From Candidatus Woesearchaeota archaeon (GTDB taxonomy: Archaea > Nanobdellota > Nanobdellia > SCGC-AAA011-G17 > CAYHUM01), in contig CAYHUM010000002.1 in assembly GCA_964359945.1 (NCBI GenBank), forward strand, positions 1 to 57,740: a stretch of 57,740 nucleotides of DNA, read 5' to 3'. The position numbers were made by a program, and so were the translations under genes. Positions 57,063-57,740 of this stretch are shown here, one piece after another; the first letter of the stretch is position 1; every line of letters begins with the position of its first letter. Under the pieces are notes generated by a model that saw only the letters and a program-made list of their open reading frames with translations, was not told the origin of the DNA and did no database searches.

Positions 57063-57724
57063 TCTGAATAAGGTTCATTTATTACTTTTTCTATCTCTTT
57101 TGCTTTTTTAGGACCTATCTTTTCAACTCTAATCAATTTTTTTTCATTTGCAGTAATTACTTTCTTCACAGTTTTAAATTTCTTAAGTAATGATTTAGCT
57201 ATTTTAGGTCCAACACTAGGTAAGGTTTCTATAATTAATTCTTGTCTTTCCTTTAATGTTAAAGGTTTTCTTTTTTTAAGTAGTGATATGTCCTTTATCG
57301 GTTTTTCTAGTCTTTTAGCTATAATTATTAAGTAAGACGCTGTATCACGATAGTTTTTTGTGAATAATATTGGAATTTGAAAATCTATTGCTATGGAAGA
57401 CAACATCCCACGAATGGCATTTGGATGAAAATTTCTTATAGCGTAAATATTTTCTGACCCTTCTATAATTAATAAGGGAATTTCATAATTTTCTTTTAGT
57501 GCTATAAGTTGTGTTATTATTCTTTTGTCTATAATTGAATTTAGAAAATCATTCAATGTTTTTCTTTCTATAGCTACTTCTACTATTTTTCCTTCTTGAC
57601 TCTTGCTCTGAATCACAAAATCAGCTACAAGTAATTGTTTCTTCTCAAAATCTATTTTACTTTTTACTAACTCCTTTATAATTTCTATATTATTTTCACG
57701 ATGATCTATTATTATTTGACTCAT
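57059..57724 (-). CDS. xpf: short-form XPF/ERCC4 nuclease with C-terminal (HhH)2
   Basis: IIDHRE and ERKTLNDFLNSIIDKR (the ERKxxxD motif). C-terminal HhH repeats are LPSVGPKIAKSLL and IGPKKAKEI. There is no helicase domain. Confidence 0.85.
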   Translation of the reverse strand: MSQIIIDHRENNIEIIKELVKSKIDFEKKQLLVADFVIQSKSQEGKIVEVAIERKTLNDFLNSIIDKRIITQLIALKENYEIPLLIIEGSENIYAIRNFHPNAIRGMLSSIAIDFQIPILFTKNYRDTASYLIIIAKRLEKPIKDISLLKKRKPLTLKERQELIIETLPSVGPKIAKSLLKKFKTVKKVITANEKKLIRVEKIGPKKAKEIEKVINEPYSD

Positions 57725-57740
57725 TTTAGAATTTTGTTAT

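Noticed and set aside
1-57740. Search for CRISPR arrays, cas genes, reverse transcriptase or DGR template/variable repeats, rRNA genes, and transposase-bearing IS elements.
   Set aside because: I saw no regularly spaced 25-40-bp repeats and no RT, Cas or transposase motifs in any ORF. The similarity between the two surface proteins is at the protein-paralogue level, not a near-identical TR/VR nucleotide pair.

Overview
This is a strongly AT-rich, gene-dense archaeal chromosome segment. Gene content and compact proteins suggest a small-genome, DPANN-like archaeon; that lineage call is inference only.

Most of the window is informational housekeeping:
- FEN-1, family-B DNA polymerase, MetAP2, Cdc48, RadB and topoisomerase IA.
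- SerS, an intron-containing tRNA-Lys, ArgS and LonB.
- An ORB-flanked replication origin next to orc1/cdc6 and both PolD subunits (Pyrococcus-like synteny).
- HtpX/LemA, PAN, an agmatinase-like enzyme, LigT, CarAB and a short XPF.
- A complete bacterial-style sufCBDSU operon with an upstream HTH/Cys regulator, followed by an Lhr-core helicase and a nearby COG1407 metallophosphoesterase.

Two regions look accessory:
- About 17.1-21.5 kb holds a short tyrosine recombinase with a 10-7-10 inverted-repeat candidate core site. It also carries three wHTH proteins, a 42-aa Cys/His-rich micro-ORF, a 22-bp perfect palindrome and 11-bp-phased GCTCGA iterons.
- About 45.3-49.5 kb is a surface-structure locus. 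It encodes an archaeal pilin-type (class III signal) 597-aa protein whose C-terminal module is duplicated in a neighbouring protein, plus two membrane-anchored secreted proteins and a membrane-anchored OB-fold protein. All are sequon-rich and none has a recognisable function.

Other oddities:
- A pore-less voltage-sensor-like protein.
- A LigD-Pol-like AEP primase-polymerase.
- A PolB motif A with Trp at the steric-gate Tyr position.
- A shared (Y/M)(F/L)G C-terminal tail on three proteasome partners.

I found no CRISPR array, reverse transcriptase or rRNA. All functional calls come from motif reading by eye, with no database search.
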